A stretch of DNA of 64,000 bases from Cyanophora paradoxa CCMP329 (lineage: Eukaryota > Plantae > Glaucophyta). The position numbers and the translations under genes were made by a program. A model generated the notes under the pieces. It ran no database searches, was not told the origin of the DNA, and saw only the letters and a list, made by a program, of their open reading frames with translations. The stretch is taken from the NCBI GenBank assembly GCA_004431415.1, contig QPMI01000201.1, positions 50,998-114,997 of the forward strand. The letters are read 5' to 3'. Positions 27,093-39,724 of this stretch are shown here, piece by piece; the first letter of the stretch is position 1; the number at the start of each line of letters is the position of its first letter.

Positions 27093-27512
27093 CAGGGCTG
27101 TCAAAATTTTACCCCCCCAAAATGGACCAGAAAAGTTTGAGGAATATTCCGGGAACGTTCCCATAAAATTCCACCATACAAAGTCCTGGAAAATTCTCAA
27201 TACCATGCGTTGCGCACCGCAGACACACGTTCAAAGCTACAAAGCACTAAGATAACATCACAATTAGCATTCTGAAAGACACTACACAGCCTTCTTGAGC
27301 TTGGAGACGGAAATGCAAGGCTCATAGTGGGGTCAGGAGGGGGGGGAGGGGGCGCAGAAAAGGGATCATCGGATGAAAATGAATAAAATAATGATTAAAT
27401 TATATTCAATTTCCTAAACTTTTCCCCCTTCACACGGGACCCGAAATTTTTCCCAAAAATTTCTAATATTCCGGGAACGTTCCAGGCTGGAATATTCCGA
27501 CTGACAGCCCTG
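27093..27512. mobile_element. Non-autonomous hAT-type MITE (420 bp)
   Basis: 11-bp TIRs CAGGGCTGTCA (27093) and TGACAGCCCTG (ending 27512). Perfect 8-bp TSD CCCGCAGC at 27085-27092 and 27513-27520. AT-rich interior with repeated AATATTCCGGGAACGTTCC. Confidence 0.92.
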
Positions 27513-27855
27513 CCCGCAGCTGCAGGCTGCAGCGCTGGCGCTAGCACTGTAGAAAGCAGTAGACCAAGCCCAGGAAGGCTTGGACTCTAGCCTTGGAGCC
27601 TTCAAGGGGCTTGGCGGCGAGCCTTGCTAAAAAAACCAAGCGATTCAGGACAAAAAACCCAAAAATAAATTGCACTGTCTCCGCATCTGCATGACGTGAC
27701 AACAACAGCGCTGGTACCCCACCGGTAAGCTGCGGCGTGCGCCCGACGTCGACCGGCGACGTCGACCCGAGCGGCCGCCGCGCGGGGCCGCCGCCGAGAG
27801 GCCCGCGCGTGGGACGTCCGACGGTCGACGGGCGCGCGGGACACCGGACACTACC

Positions 27856-30800
27856 TTAGTACCGGCCGGCCGCGGGCTGGGGTATCGGAGGCGGATTCGG
27901 CGCCGGCCCAGCGCTAGCAGCTGCAGCCGCCGGCGCCAGCGCCGGCGCTGCGGCGGAACAACCGGTGCGGCCGACCAGCCTGGCAGGGGCCAGGCCGGCG
28001 CCGGGCGGGGATTTGTCCTTTTCGCGAAGTTGGCCGCACCCCGAAGAGCCGCCGAGCCTCCCCCTCAAGCGGCGCCGGCGCGGGGGTCGGGCAGGGCGGC
28101 CGGCGGCCCGTCGCCGGCGCCCTCGAGGGCGGCGAGGCGGGCGTGAAGGGCTGCCAGGCGCCCCTCGAGGGCATCCCCCCGCTCCCGCTCCGCAAAGTAC
28201 AGCCGCTTCACCCGCTCGTACCTGCACGCCCGCCCCCAAGCGCGCCACCCCGTCAGATCTGCACGCAGCCGCCCCGCCCCCGCGGCCGGCGCACTTGGGT
28301 AGAGGAACGAGGGGGAGGCCGGACGCGTCCTGCGCGAGTCGCTCCATCTCCTGCGGGGCGGGGCGGCTCGGGGGGCGCAGCCGGGGGCCGGGGCGCGAGG
28401 GGAGCTCGAGCGCGCACGGCGGCGAGCGCGGCGTAGAGGGACCGCAGCTCCGCCCGCTGCCCCGCCTCCTCCTCCGCCTGCCCCGCCCCGCCCGGGCCCC
28501 GTCACGCCCGCCCCCGCAACGCCGGCGCCGGGGCGGGCGGGGCGCCTTCTTCCGCGCGCCGGCCGCCTCGGCCTCGGCGGCGCGGCGGGCCGCCTCGGCC
28601 CGCTCCAGCGCCGCCTCGGCCGCCCTGCGCCCCTCCTCGGCCCGCCCGAGCTGCCCCTCCAGCTCCGCGACCCTGCCGGGCGGGGCGTCAGGCCGGCCGG
28701 TGGGTGGTCAAAGGGACCGCGGCCGGCCCCGCACCTGCTGGCCTCGGCGCCGGGGGAGGCGTGGGATCGGCTGCCGGCGCGGGGCGGGGCCTCGCCGCGC
28801 GGGGCCCAGGGCGAGGCGGCCGGGGAGTGCGACTGGGGCGTCAGCGGGCCGGGGTGCGCCGGCGTCGAGGGCCCGTCCCCCGCAGAGGTCGCGGCCGGCC
28901 CCGGCGCCTCCTGCCACCCGGAGCGCCTCAGGAACGGCGGGAACGGGCGCTCGAGAGGCGCGGGCGGGGCACCTGCGGCACCGGCGGGGCGGGCGGGGCC
29001 GCCTCCTCGCGATTGAGAGCAGTGGCCGGCTCCTGCTCGCGGGGCCGCTCGGGCCCGCCGCGTCGCGGCCGCGCTCCTCCCGCTCCGCCTCCCGGCCCCG
29101 TTCCGAGTCGCGCGGTCGATCCCGCTCGCGCTCCCGCTCCCGCTCCCGCTCGCGCCCCCGCTCGGGCTCGCGCCCCCGCTCGGGCTCGCGTCCGCGCCCT
29201 CGCTCGTCTCCGGAACGGTCTGCCCGCCGCGGGGAGCGCTCTCGTTCTCGCGGCCGAGCGGGGACCTGCGCCGCCGTCAGCCGCCGGGCGGGCGAGCGTG
29301 CCGCAGCGCCTCCTTTTGAAACCGCGCACCGAGTGCGTCGCCCCGGGGGCTCCGCGAGCGGCGCCCCGGCGGGCTGCGGGAACGCCGCTTCCGCGAGAGG
29401 GAACCGGACCGGGACCGGGAGCGGGAGCGGGGCCGGGGCCCCCGGCGGCCCCCGGCGACCGCGACCGCGAGCGAGAGCGGCCGGCCGGCGAGCTCCGCCG
29501 CCGCTTTCTGTCCGGTCCATCCCGGTCCCGCTCGCGCTCGCGCTCGCGCTCCGCTGGCCGGTCGGGCCGAATGCCGCGCAACGCCCGCGCGCCGATGCCG
29601 TTGTCGTGGAGGATCCTGCACACGGTCCTGCGCGGCCCGCGCTCGGGCCGGCGCCGGCGGCGGGAGGGCGGGCGGCGGGTCGCGCACCGCCCGACGAGCG
29701 CGTTGCCGGCGCGGACAGCGTTCGCACAGTCCGCCGCGCGAGTGAACTCGACGGCGACGCCCCTGGGGCCCCGCATGATCGAGCGCCCCAGCGGCCCGAA
29801 CCTGCGCGGATCCAACCTCGAACCGGCGCCGCCGGGGGAGGGGCAGGGCAAGCCGGGCGGGCGGCGCGCACCGCTCGAGGGCGGTTCGGACCTCCGACTC
29901 CCTCAGCTCGGAGGCGCCGCCCTGCGCCGTGACGTACACTACGCGGCCCTCCAGCTCGTCCCGCCCCCGCTCCGCGCTCCCCTCGCCGCTCCGCTCCCGG
30001 CCCCGCTCGCCCTCTCCCCGCTGCTCGGCGGCCGTCGCCGGCGCGTCCCCCGACCCCCGCGCGGAGCTCTCCCGCCGCTCGGGCGGGGACCCCTCGATGC
30101 GGCGCTCCGGGGGCGGGCCGCCCGAGCCGAAGGGGCCCGGCCTCCTCAGTACGGCCAAGTTGCGGTGGACGATTTGCGCGTGGAGCAGGCAGCCGCGCAT
30201 GTGCGGCACGCTCAGCAGCTGCAGCCTGCGACCGCCGTGGGCTCGAGCGCCGCCGGAGCGGCGTGCCCCCGGCGCCGAGCTCACCAGGCGAACATGGCCT
30301 CGCCGACAGTGCAGTACGCGACGCGGGCGGTCTGGTTCGCGCCGCCCTGCGGCGCAGGGAGACTCATGTCCGCGATCCGGCCCCACCGCGTGAGCGCCCG
30401 CTTCAGTTCCAGGATAGCGTCCCCCTCCGCCCAGTCGACGCCTTGGACGACTGCGGCGGGGCGGGGGATGAGAAGCAGGCAAGGCCGCGGCATCGCGGGG
30501 TGCGCGCGCCTCCGAGATCGATGGCGAGCTCGCTAGACAGGTCGTCCAGCGTGGGCGATGTGGCCAATCCCCAGAGCGGCATGTGGGCAGCGAGCACGCA
30601 GTTGAGGTAGTACGTGAAGTTCTGGTCGGACTGCGCCTGCATTCGGAGAGGGCCGGAGAATCGCGCATTGATTGGTAAGAGCGCACCGGAAGCGATGCCG
30701 GGAAGAAGGCCACGAGCCGCCCGAGAACGCCACTGTCATCATGGCGGTCCGCTCTCGCGCGGATCTCGCCTGCACGACGGCTAAGAGCGCGTGGCGTACG

Positions 30801-31066
30801 CGAAAGGTACGCTTCGCACCAGCGATCTCGACCGAGCTGAACAGTAACTCGGCCTCCGTCGGCGGCTCGAGCACGCGAAGGCTGACGATCTCGCAGGGCG
30901 CACAAAACGCACGTAAATGCGTCTCTATTACAGCTGGCGGCAGCGCGACCTTGGCTCCTGCGAATTGGAACCGCAGGCATGCGGCTGCTCCAGCCGCACC
31001 ATCCATCGATCCGAGAGCTCTGCGGCTGTCGCCTCGACTCGGCGACGCGGCTAGCGCTCTTTCCAA
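27856..31066 (-). CDS. RRM-like protein with RE/RS-rich low-complexity region and coiled-coil tail
   Basis: RVVYVT...EVRTALERFGPL...VAVEF...DCANA and LKRALTRWGRI...ARVAY resemble divergent RRMs. ERERER and RSP tracts at 29100-29560. Confidence 0.5.
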
Positions 31067-31350
31067 CGATGCCCCGCTTCGGAGCGCCTCGCGCGCTGAC
31101 CGCTGCTCAGCGGCTCCAATCTGCCGCAGTGCAAGCTGCGCCTTCCCGCACCCCTACCCCTCCCGACCGGCCAGACCGGGCCAGTGTCCTTGAGCCAGCG
31201 CGTGCCACCAGCCAAGACTTGCGGCGAACTCCTCCTCCATTGCATCAGCGTTCTGGCAGCCCGCCGGCAGCGCGCTCCGTGGGCCGAGAACGACGTGCAA
31301 GCTCCGGCGAACGCAGACGGTCCTAGGCCTGTGCTAGCCCACTGCTAGGC

Positions 31351-34161
31351 CTAGGCGGCGGGGCGGGCGGGGAGCTCGGCGCGGGCGCGCTCGACGAGGG
31401 CCCAGAAGGACATCTTGGCGGTGAAGTTGGTCTCGGGGTCCAGCACCTCCGCCAGGTCCAGCGCCATCTGCCGCGGCGTGAGCTGACTTTAAAAAGAGGG
31501 GCGGGCGGGGCGGGCGGGGCGGGCGGGCGTGCCTGGAGGTCGGCGGCGGCGACGCACTGGACGACGAGCGGGGAGATGACGGAGGTGTCGAGGGCGCCGG
31601 CGGGGACCTCCTCCCGCACGTGCGCCACCGCCTCCGGCAGCCGCCCCGCCCGCACCAGCGCCAGCACCACCGCCGAGTGCACGCGCCGCGCCACGCCCTC
31701 CGCCACCGACGGGCTCGCCGCCGCCGCCGCCGAGGCCGGGGCGCCCTTCTTGGGGATGAGGCGGCGCGCGGCGAGCTCCTGGACGAGCCCGCGGGCCTCC
31801 TCCACGAGCGGCGGGGTCGCCCGGCACAGCGCGTCCACCGCCGACGCGTAGTGGTCCGCCCCGGCCTCCACCCCGTACTGCGAGGGATTCAAGGCGCGGA
31901 GCGGAGCCGGCACCCAAGGGCGCGGGCGCACGCGGGAGTCCATGTCGCGCAGGAGGGCGAGGGCGGCGGGGCCGTCCCGGGCGCGCGCGCAGGCGCCCAG
32001 GAGGCCTCCCAGCGTGCGCGCGTCCGGCCGCATCCCCGCCGTCGTCATGTCGTCCAGCGTCTGGCGCCGGCGTGGGCGAGGGGGAGGGCGGGCGGGCGGG
32101 GAGGTGCGGGGCGGCGGACGCGGCGGGCGGAGTCGATGTCGTGATCGCGAGCGAAGGCCTCCACCATCAGGCTCCACGTGATCACCGAGTCCGGGATCTG
32201 GCGCCGCCCGCGCTCAGCAGGCGGGCGGGCGGGCGGGCGGGCGGAGGGCCGGAGGCAGCAGAAAGGCGGCCCCGCACGTTGCGCTCGCGCATCTCGGCGC
32301 GCAGCTCGGCCACGCGGCCCGAGTCGCGCTTCCTCGCGTAGCCCTTCATGAGGACGCCGTAGGCCTCGACCTGCACGTGGGCGCAGGCCCGGCAGCCTCA
32401 GCGGGGCGGCCCAAGCAGGTGGGGCGGGGCGGGGCGCGCGGTGGGGCGGAAGCCAGCGTCGATCATCTGGTTCCAGATGACCTCGGCGCCCGCCACGTCG
32501 CCCCGCTTCACGTGCGCCAGCATCCGCCCGTTGAACGTCACCGCGTCCGGCCTGCCGAGGCCGACCCGGCCGCCGGCGCCGCCGTCAGCGGGCGGGGCGT
32601 GGCTGCGCGGTGTGGAGAAGGCACCGAATGCCGGCGGAGCGCATCTCGGCGAGGATGGCGTCGACGGCGGCGCCGTCCCCGCGCCGCGCGGCCTCCGAGA
32701 TGAAGAGGTTGTAGAGGGCCGCGTTCGCGGGCACCCCCGCCGCCTTCATCTCCCGCCGGTACCCCAGCGCCTGCGCCCGCCCGCCGCGCGCCCCCTCGGA
32801 CGGCGCCCGGGAGGCCGCCGTGGATGGCGGGCTGGCGCACGCGCTCGGGGTCGCCGGCGCGGATGCAGCCGTCGATGAGCGACGTGAAGATGTACACGTT
32901 CTCCTCCAGCTGCACGCGCCGAGCCAATCGTGAGGCAGCGCCGGCGGGGGCGCCGGGCGGGGCGGGCGGGGCGGACCCCGAGCTCGCGCATCTCGCCACG
33001 GAGGCGCTCGACGGTCTCGAAGTCGCCGCGGCGCGCGTAGCCGTCGATGCGGGAGGCGAAGGTCGTCGTGTCGGGGGCGAGCCCCGCGGCGCGCATCTCC
33101 TCGAACGTCTCCTGAGCGCGCTCGTGCTCGCCCCGCTTGTGGTACGCGTCGATCAGCGTGTTGTACACCGTCGTGTCCTCCTGCGCCGGCCTCAGCCCCA
33201 TTTGGGCGGGGGGGGGAGGGGCCCCGCACCTCGAACCCCGCGGCCCGCATCCGCTCGCGCAGCTCCTGTGCCCGGTCGAACTTGCCCTGTCTGCGGTCGG
33301 GCAGCGTCGAGGCGGCTCTCTGGGGAGGCCGGCGCGTGCGGGGGCGGGGGCGGGGGCGGGGGCAGGGCGGGCCTGCAGAAGATGCCGATGAGCGTGCTAA
33401 AGAGGAAGAGGTCCTCCTTGAGGCCGAGCTTGCGCATCTCCTCCCAGGCGTCGAGGGCCTGCCGGTACATCCGCTGCCGCGCGTACGCCGCGATCACCGC
33501 GTTGTAGTACCGCACGTTCGCCTGCACGCCGCTGTCCCGCATCTCCTTCGTCCGGAAGCGCATCGCAAGCTCGTCCCTCCGCAGCATGATGAAGCCCCGC
33601 ACCAGCAGCGAGAAGGTCACCACGTTCGGCTGCACCTCAGCGTTCTGCGCAGGGCGCCCTGTCGGGTGGTGCGTACGGCCCATGGCGAATGCCGAGAGTA
33701 CCTTCATGTCACGCCAGGCGTTTAGAGCGCCCTGGCAGTCCCGCCGCCTGAACGCCGCGTCGATCTTGTTGTTCCACGCTCGCACGGGCTCTGCCGCGCG
33801 CTTCTCGGGTGCCGAGGCGCTGGCGACGACCCGCGACGCGCAACACGGCATCCACTGTTCCCGCGTCCTTCCGGAAGCCCGAGCCGCTGCGGCACCGAGC
33901 AGCTGCCGGGACGACACTAGCAGCGCCTCGCCCGCCGCGTCCGCCTCTGCCGCCTGCCAGAGCAGCCTCCTCGGGCGCAAGCCGCGCCTCGAAGGCGGGG
34001 CGATCTGACGGCCCGGGGGCGGCACCTGGGGCTGCGCTTAGCGCTCGGCGTGTGCGACGGCCGGCGTCACGGCGCACCGCGGCGGATGGCCCTGGACCGA
34101 TAAGATTGCGAGAGGCGAGCGCGTGCACCGCCGACGCCGCGGCCGGCACGGCGAAGAGCAT
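31351..34161 (-). CDS. Pentatricopeptide repeat (PPR) protein, likely organelle-targeted
   Basis: Repeated 35-aa units: PNVVTFSLLVRGF, NVRYYNAVIAAYAR, DTTVYNTLIDAYHKRG, NVYIFTSLIDGCIRAG, YGVLMKGYARK. Starts MLFAVPAAA. Confidence 0.9.
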
Positions 34162-34401
34162 CGCGGATCGATTGGGACGGGTACGGGGGAAGGTCCACGA
34201 CGAGACCCGTACCCTTCGAGGACTTGCCCCCCGTTCGCAATCAAGTTCGGAATCAAGTTCGGTGCGCTCTCTCGCATCGCCTCTTGCCGCCCGGCACCGC
34301 AGTTGCGCTCTAGATCGATCGAAGAGGTCGGCCGGGGCGGCCGTGGCAGTTCGGCGGCGGCTGCGGTTGTCGGTTGTCGCTGATCCTCCGTCCGTGCAGA
34401 A

Positions 34402-35260
34402 ATGGCGTTCGTCGCGAGCATCCCGGCCGTCCGCGTCCAGACCTCCCTCCAGACCCTGAAGGGCGAGTCCCTGAAGGCCCAGAAGCCCGCCGCGGCGAAG
34501 CAGGCTGCTTTCACCGTGGTCGCCCAGGCTGAGGAGAAGAAGGGCCGCCGCGTGAGTTTTCCCCCGCCCGATTGCGCGCTTCTGCCCGCCCCAGCTGCCG
34601 GGCTGCGCGCCGCTCCCGGAACTAGCGCGCATATGACATTAGAATCTTCGTACCGGCGTCGGGCGGCCCTTTCGATGGTCGAAATGTCGTACGAAGCGCT
34701 TACAATCACTTGGTTGCGCAGGAGTTCGTCGCCGCCGCCGGCGCTCTGTTCGTCGCCCTCGCTGGCTCCCCCGCCGCGTTCGCGTACTCCGCGGCCGACG
34801 CCAACGTTACTGGTCAGTTCGATATCCTTCGAATACGCTCTCCATTTCTTTACCGAACGCCTCGCTGATCGGGCCGCGCGCGTAGGCCTCGGCGGCGACC
34901 TGACCAACATTGACATCAACAACGCCAACATCGCCGTCTTCCAGAAGCTCCCTGGCATGTACCCCAACATCGCCAAGAAGATCATCGGCGGCGCCCCCTA
35001 CAAGTCGGTAAGCGAAGCTTGACCCACCGACAGGTCACCGTTCTGTGCTCACTCGAGATCGACAGGTCGCTGAGCTGTACAGCCTCGACCTCACCGAGAA
35101 GCAGAAGGAGACCCTCCGGAAGTACGAGGACAACTTCTACGCTGGCGAGCCCATCGACGCCCTCGGCTACGACGCGATCAACAACGGTGTGGCCGGGACT
35201 GGGGAAGGGCTTCATTGATCGCTTTGTGCTCACGTGTGTTTGACAGGCATCTACAAGTAA
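34402..35260 (+). CDS. psbU: Photosystem II 12-kDa extrinsic protein PsbU, nuclear-encoded
   Basis: Exons 34402-34551, 34722-34812, 34886-35007, 35066-35186, 35247-35260. IDINNANIAVFQKLPGMYPNIAKKII..APY...INNGIYK*. Bipartite presequence MAF...RREF...AFA. Confidence 0.96.
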
Positions 35261-36006
35261 ATGCCTGATCGCCGGCGGCATTGCGAACGGATCAGCAACA
35301 ATTTTTTGGCCCCCTGGCCAAGTTTCTGCTGTCCAATTAGCCCTTAGCTTGCAAGGTTGAGGCGGGCGACGGCGCGGGCTGGCGGCGGCCTCGTTTTTGT
35401 TCGTCGAGACCTGTAGGACTCGTATAATGATGTCGATCGTTTGTTGAGGGGTGCCGACCGCCCCTCAAGTGCATCCTTTCTTTTTCTTTCTTCCGCGGCG
35501 GAACGCGCGATGGGCCTGATGCGTGTTGGCTTGCACTATGTTATGGCGCCGAGCACGAAGACCTTCTTCTCAAAAAAAGCCGGATCCGGAAATCGGCATT
35601 CGCATGCGTATGGTGTGATCCAGCCATCAAACGAGTGCCCGTGCGCGTGTGAACTCGAACGTCTGTGTACTGAGCCTGTGAGCCCGTGGCGAACGCGCAT
35701 GCACAGGCGCCACGTGCACAGACGTCGATATCGATATCGATCCCAGACCGATATCGATATCTAGATTTATATAATTAGATCGAGAATTCTAGATCTTGAC
35801 CAGGATATATATGCATGATCACGATGAAGATAGAAGAAGAAAATCAAGGCTCTGTAGGCTACATGTGCATGCAGCCCAGTTGATCGTTTCGCCGTTTGCA
35901 TGAGAAGCTTGATTTGAAAGCAGGTCAGAGTTGATATGCACACAGCACGGCACAGGCTAGATGTGATGCGGATAGCTGAACAATGGCCTTCTTCATGCCT
36001 TCACTT

Positions 36007-37095
36007 TTACGACCTTGTTGATTGCTTGACGGCACACTGGGCATTCTTTCGTGACTTTCTTCGAGCATTCAGCGCAGACGACTTTGTGCTTGCAAGGCCG
36101 AAACTGCGCAAAAATAGTGTCAGATATCTGTAGAAAACAACAAGCATGAAAATGGCAATTTTAAAAACGCAAACACAAACCTCCCGTGTGATGTCCTCAC
36201 ACCAGCACACGATGCACTGCATATTACATTAGAATGAGTCAAGTTCGGTGCTTGAAGAGCATGTGCACCTTTCCATCTGCATCATCTTTCCCAGATGCGG
36301 CTTCCCTCTTAACACGCGCAACAATTGCATCCACTGCGAACGGTTTGCAACAGAACCCAGAGAGAAAATTCGAGCGGAAGCTCTTACGTTCAGAAGATGT
36401 CTTGCCAATTGCTTCTAGCACAGTGGCCATACCAAGACTCAAATGGAGCTCCCGTTCAAGCAGGCCTGCAACTGCCACACGAGCTGCTGACTCTGATATT
36501 CCTGATGCTGTGACCTGCTAACTTTTAGGCGCGTCAAAAAATGAGAGACGCATCAAATGCTCACTTGTTTGATAACTGCGTACGCTTCAAAGGCCCTTCC
36601 TGCTGCCTTCCCCAGCCAGGAATCGGTCAGGTCGACATGCACGCATTCCGGCCCCGTCGTCAGGTCTACGACGCTCCGCCGTGGTGCTGTAGCATCAGCT
36701 CGGCCCGTGCGAGCCCGCTTGCGCCCCCGAGCAGGAGGCTCGCAGTTTGTCATCAAGAAGTTGAGAACCCTGCGCCCGAGCTAAGCATGGGGCTGCGCGG
36801 AGAACTCTTCAAGGTTGATGAACACGCACTCCTCGGGCTCAGGATCGAGCAGGCCATCAGTAACAGCGAGCTCCCGAAGGGCGGACTGAACGACGGCAGG
36901 GTCAAACTCCGCCAAGCGAACTTGTGCGCTCCGCGTGTCCGCGCTGCTGCTGCCGCTGCTACTGGCGCTTGGCTGTGCTGCAGCGCTCGATCCCTCACCT
37001 CCGTCGTCCGCGGCGCCTCCGCGGCGCTTCTTAGGGGTCGTTCGCTTCGCGCCACCCTTTCTCCTGCCGTGCGCGGGTGATTCTTCCACGTTCAT
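36007..37095 (-). pseudogene. Hypothetical gene with in-frame stop (probable pseudogene)
   Basis: ORF 37095-36781 continues in the same frame after the TAG at 36781-36783 into ORF 36756-36553, then into a spliced exon at ~36510-36240. Lower GC; no recognisable family. Confidence 0.4.
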
Positions 37096-37606
37096 GACGT
37101 GCTCTGAAACCTAGCTGAGGCTCCTCACAGCGGGTGCCGCGCAGTGCGGGTGAGCAGCGCCCGAGAAGTCGGGGTGAACAGCGAGCCACGCAGTCGGGCT
37201 ACAGGGCTCAAGCCTTGAAGATGAGACTTCCGTGCGGCTGCAGTGGCAGGGGCGGCCGCCGGGCCGAGCGATTGGTTGAAACGACTTGCTCCCTTGGTCC
37301 CTTTACCTCAGGGGGGTAGACTTGACAGATACAATTTGATTCGAATTCAAGTCCGAAGTATGTGCACGTGCTACGGCGCTAGCAATTGCATCAAGCTCGA
37401 GTGAGCGCGAGTCACTGAAGGTGCGGCACGTGTACATGTACATATAATAGTAATATTAATAAGCTTCTGAAGCGCTTATATAGCTAGAAACCCTTGAACA
37501 AACCATATCATGATCAATATTGAAAAAGCCTAGTAGCTATAGATTGCCCAGACCTGCGTTTTTAGTACGTGTCCAGGTGCTCATAAGCTCCGAGACAGGC
37601 TGATTG

Positions 37607-39455
37607 CTAAGAGGTCTGCATTGAGCCCAGAGGGGAATTCGAATCCGGCTGGTCAATGACGACTCTGGGCTCCGTCATCTCTTGATCCCCTTCATCCTGA
37701 TCAGCACCCGGGGGGAGGGCGTAGTCCCCATACCTGAGGAAGAACACAGACTCACGATCAACATCCGATCCATGACTTGGGTCAGACTGGAACAAAAAGA
37801 GCTCAAACTCCTGGCTCACTGGATGTTGCAGCGCTCACAGACAAGTGCTGCTCGGCGGGCGCTCTGCTTGGCAAGAATGCGGGTGGTCTCCTCCTGCGGC
37901 GAGAAGAATTTTAATCCATTATCAGGATAAAGATTACGGGAAGCAGTCACGTATGCCATCCTTAACTTGTGCTCGTGCGTATCGCCATGAAGGGGTCAAA
38001 GAAAAGTGATCGGACATAAACAGATACTGCAGACACAGCAGATCTCAAAGGATATTTGGCTGCAGCCTGGACGTTCAGCTTCTGCTCATACACATGCTGT
38101 GCTAGCTCAGCATTCACATCGCCCTTGGTCTTTGCCTGCAATCAAATGTCAAAATCAAAATTTGGCAAGACAGGCAGACGCTTACGTGCGCTGCGCTAAT
38201 TGCACGAAGCTCAGCCTCCAATTCTGCCACGACAGCTTCATCCTGCAGAGACAAGCATTTAATATTACACAAGTCAAATTTGTTTTAAATGAGACAGAGC
38301 TGGGAACCCTTTTGGCTTCTGAGATCAGTTCATCTGTTTCAGCAGGAGCTGACTGCAGGAACTCCAAATTCTGCAGCAAATTATCGAATGAGAGTCTGTA
38401 CATGTTCATGAAATACAGCTGGCGCTGCCAACCTTAGTCATCTCTTCCAGCTGCAGCTGGGCTGAGTTGGCAGCTTCAGCCACATGCACAACCGAAGGAG
38501 CAGGCGCCTTTGCTGCTGGGGCAGCCTCAGGCGGGGTATGCTTCGTTTGCGCTGTAATTGCAATTGATGTCAGCCGGGGAAAGATGAGCATCGTACATGC
38601 ATATTTATGGTTCATGTGCTAGACAACACACCCAATTCTTTGAGCGAAGCCAGTCGACTCTGAAGTTTGTCGAGAGACTTCACATCCTCACGGCTCGCTA
38701 GACGTGAGACAATGCGCTCCGCTGCTGCTTTGCGATCAACTAGTAGCTTCTTCAGGTGCTCTCTGCGTGGATGGCAGTGCATGAGTGCCAATCCATCGAT
38801 CATGCGAAAGGCTTACTGCTCCTTTTGAGTCGTATCGGTTTCCTGCGATTCGGAAAAAGTGAACATTATTTAACAATGTTTTCTCATCAACTTTAAGGCT
38901 AGTGAAAGTTGTCAAGGATTGACCTTCTCGGCGTACTCCTGCATGAAAAATCAGAAGGCAAGGCGAGCATGCGCAGGATCTAGAGCCCTTAGGCTATCAG
39001 TGCTACCTTGTACATCTTGCTCTCTAGCTTGGCGCTCTCGATGCTGCCGAGCAGGGAGTGCGCGTCGCCTCGTTGGCGACGACCTCCGCGGAGCAGGTCT
39101 TTCAGCGTTCGCTCCTTGTCCTCTGAAACCTTTTGCAGCTCGCGCTGCGCTGCGCGAGGTTCGCGCGCACTAAGCACGCGAGCAGGTGATCGCACCCTCC
39201 TCGAGCTGCGCTCTGCAGCCCGCATGCCTGCAGAGCAAGTATGACGTGGGCGCCGTGAAGCGCGCCGCCTGGGGCGGGGCGGGCGCACTTCCCCTCCTCC
39301 TCTACCAGCTGGAGCTCTGCGACGAGTGGCGCGGCGCACGGCATGGCACGCGTGAAGCGCAGGTGACGCCGCGCGGAGACGAGCGAACCTTCGGAGCGCT
39401 TGCGCGCCTCGAGCTCCCCGATCTGTAGGAACAGGGACTCCAGCACGGTCTTCAT
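37607..39455 (-). CDS. Hypothetical coiled-coil protein, many short exons
   Basis: Helical, charged exon segments (MKTVLESLFLQIGELEARK, ELQKVSEDKERTLKDLL, SLDKLQSRLASLKEL) bounded by splice-like sites. Confidence 0.4.
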
Positions 39456-39724
39456 GGCTTCGAGCGGATGCGGGCGAGGAAAAAACAGGATCAAATTTAT
39501 GGGGGGACCCGGGAGAGGACAATAATAGGGGTACACGTCGTCGATGTTGTGGATCGGGGAGCTGCGGAGCGCGCTTGCAGGCCGCCGGAAAGAAGTGGCA
39601 TCTGCGCCCTGGCGCAAAATTGAGCAGTTGTAGCTCCTAGCGCGCTCCTCACGCCCCGTCGACCGCAACCGCGGCACATGCAATTCGTGGTGGGCTTCCC
39701 TGGCCCTAAATCGTGCAGAGAGAG

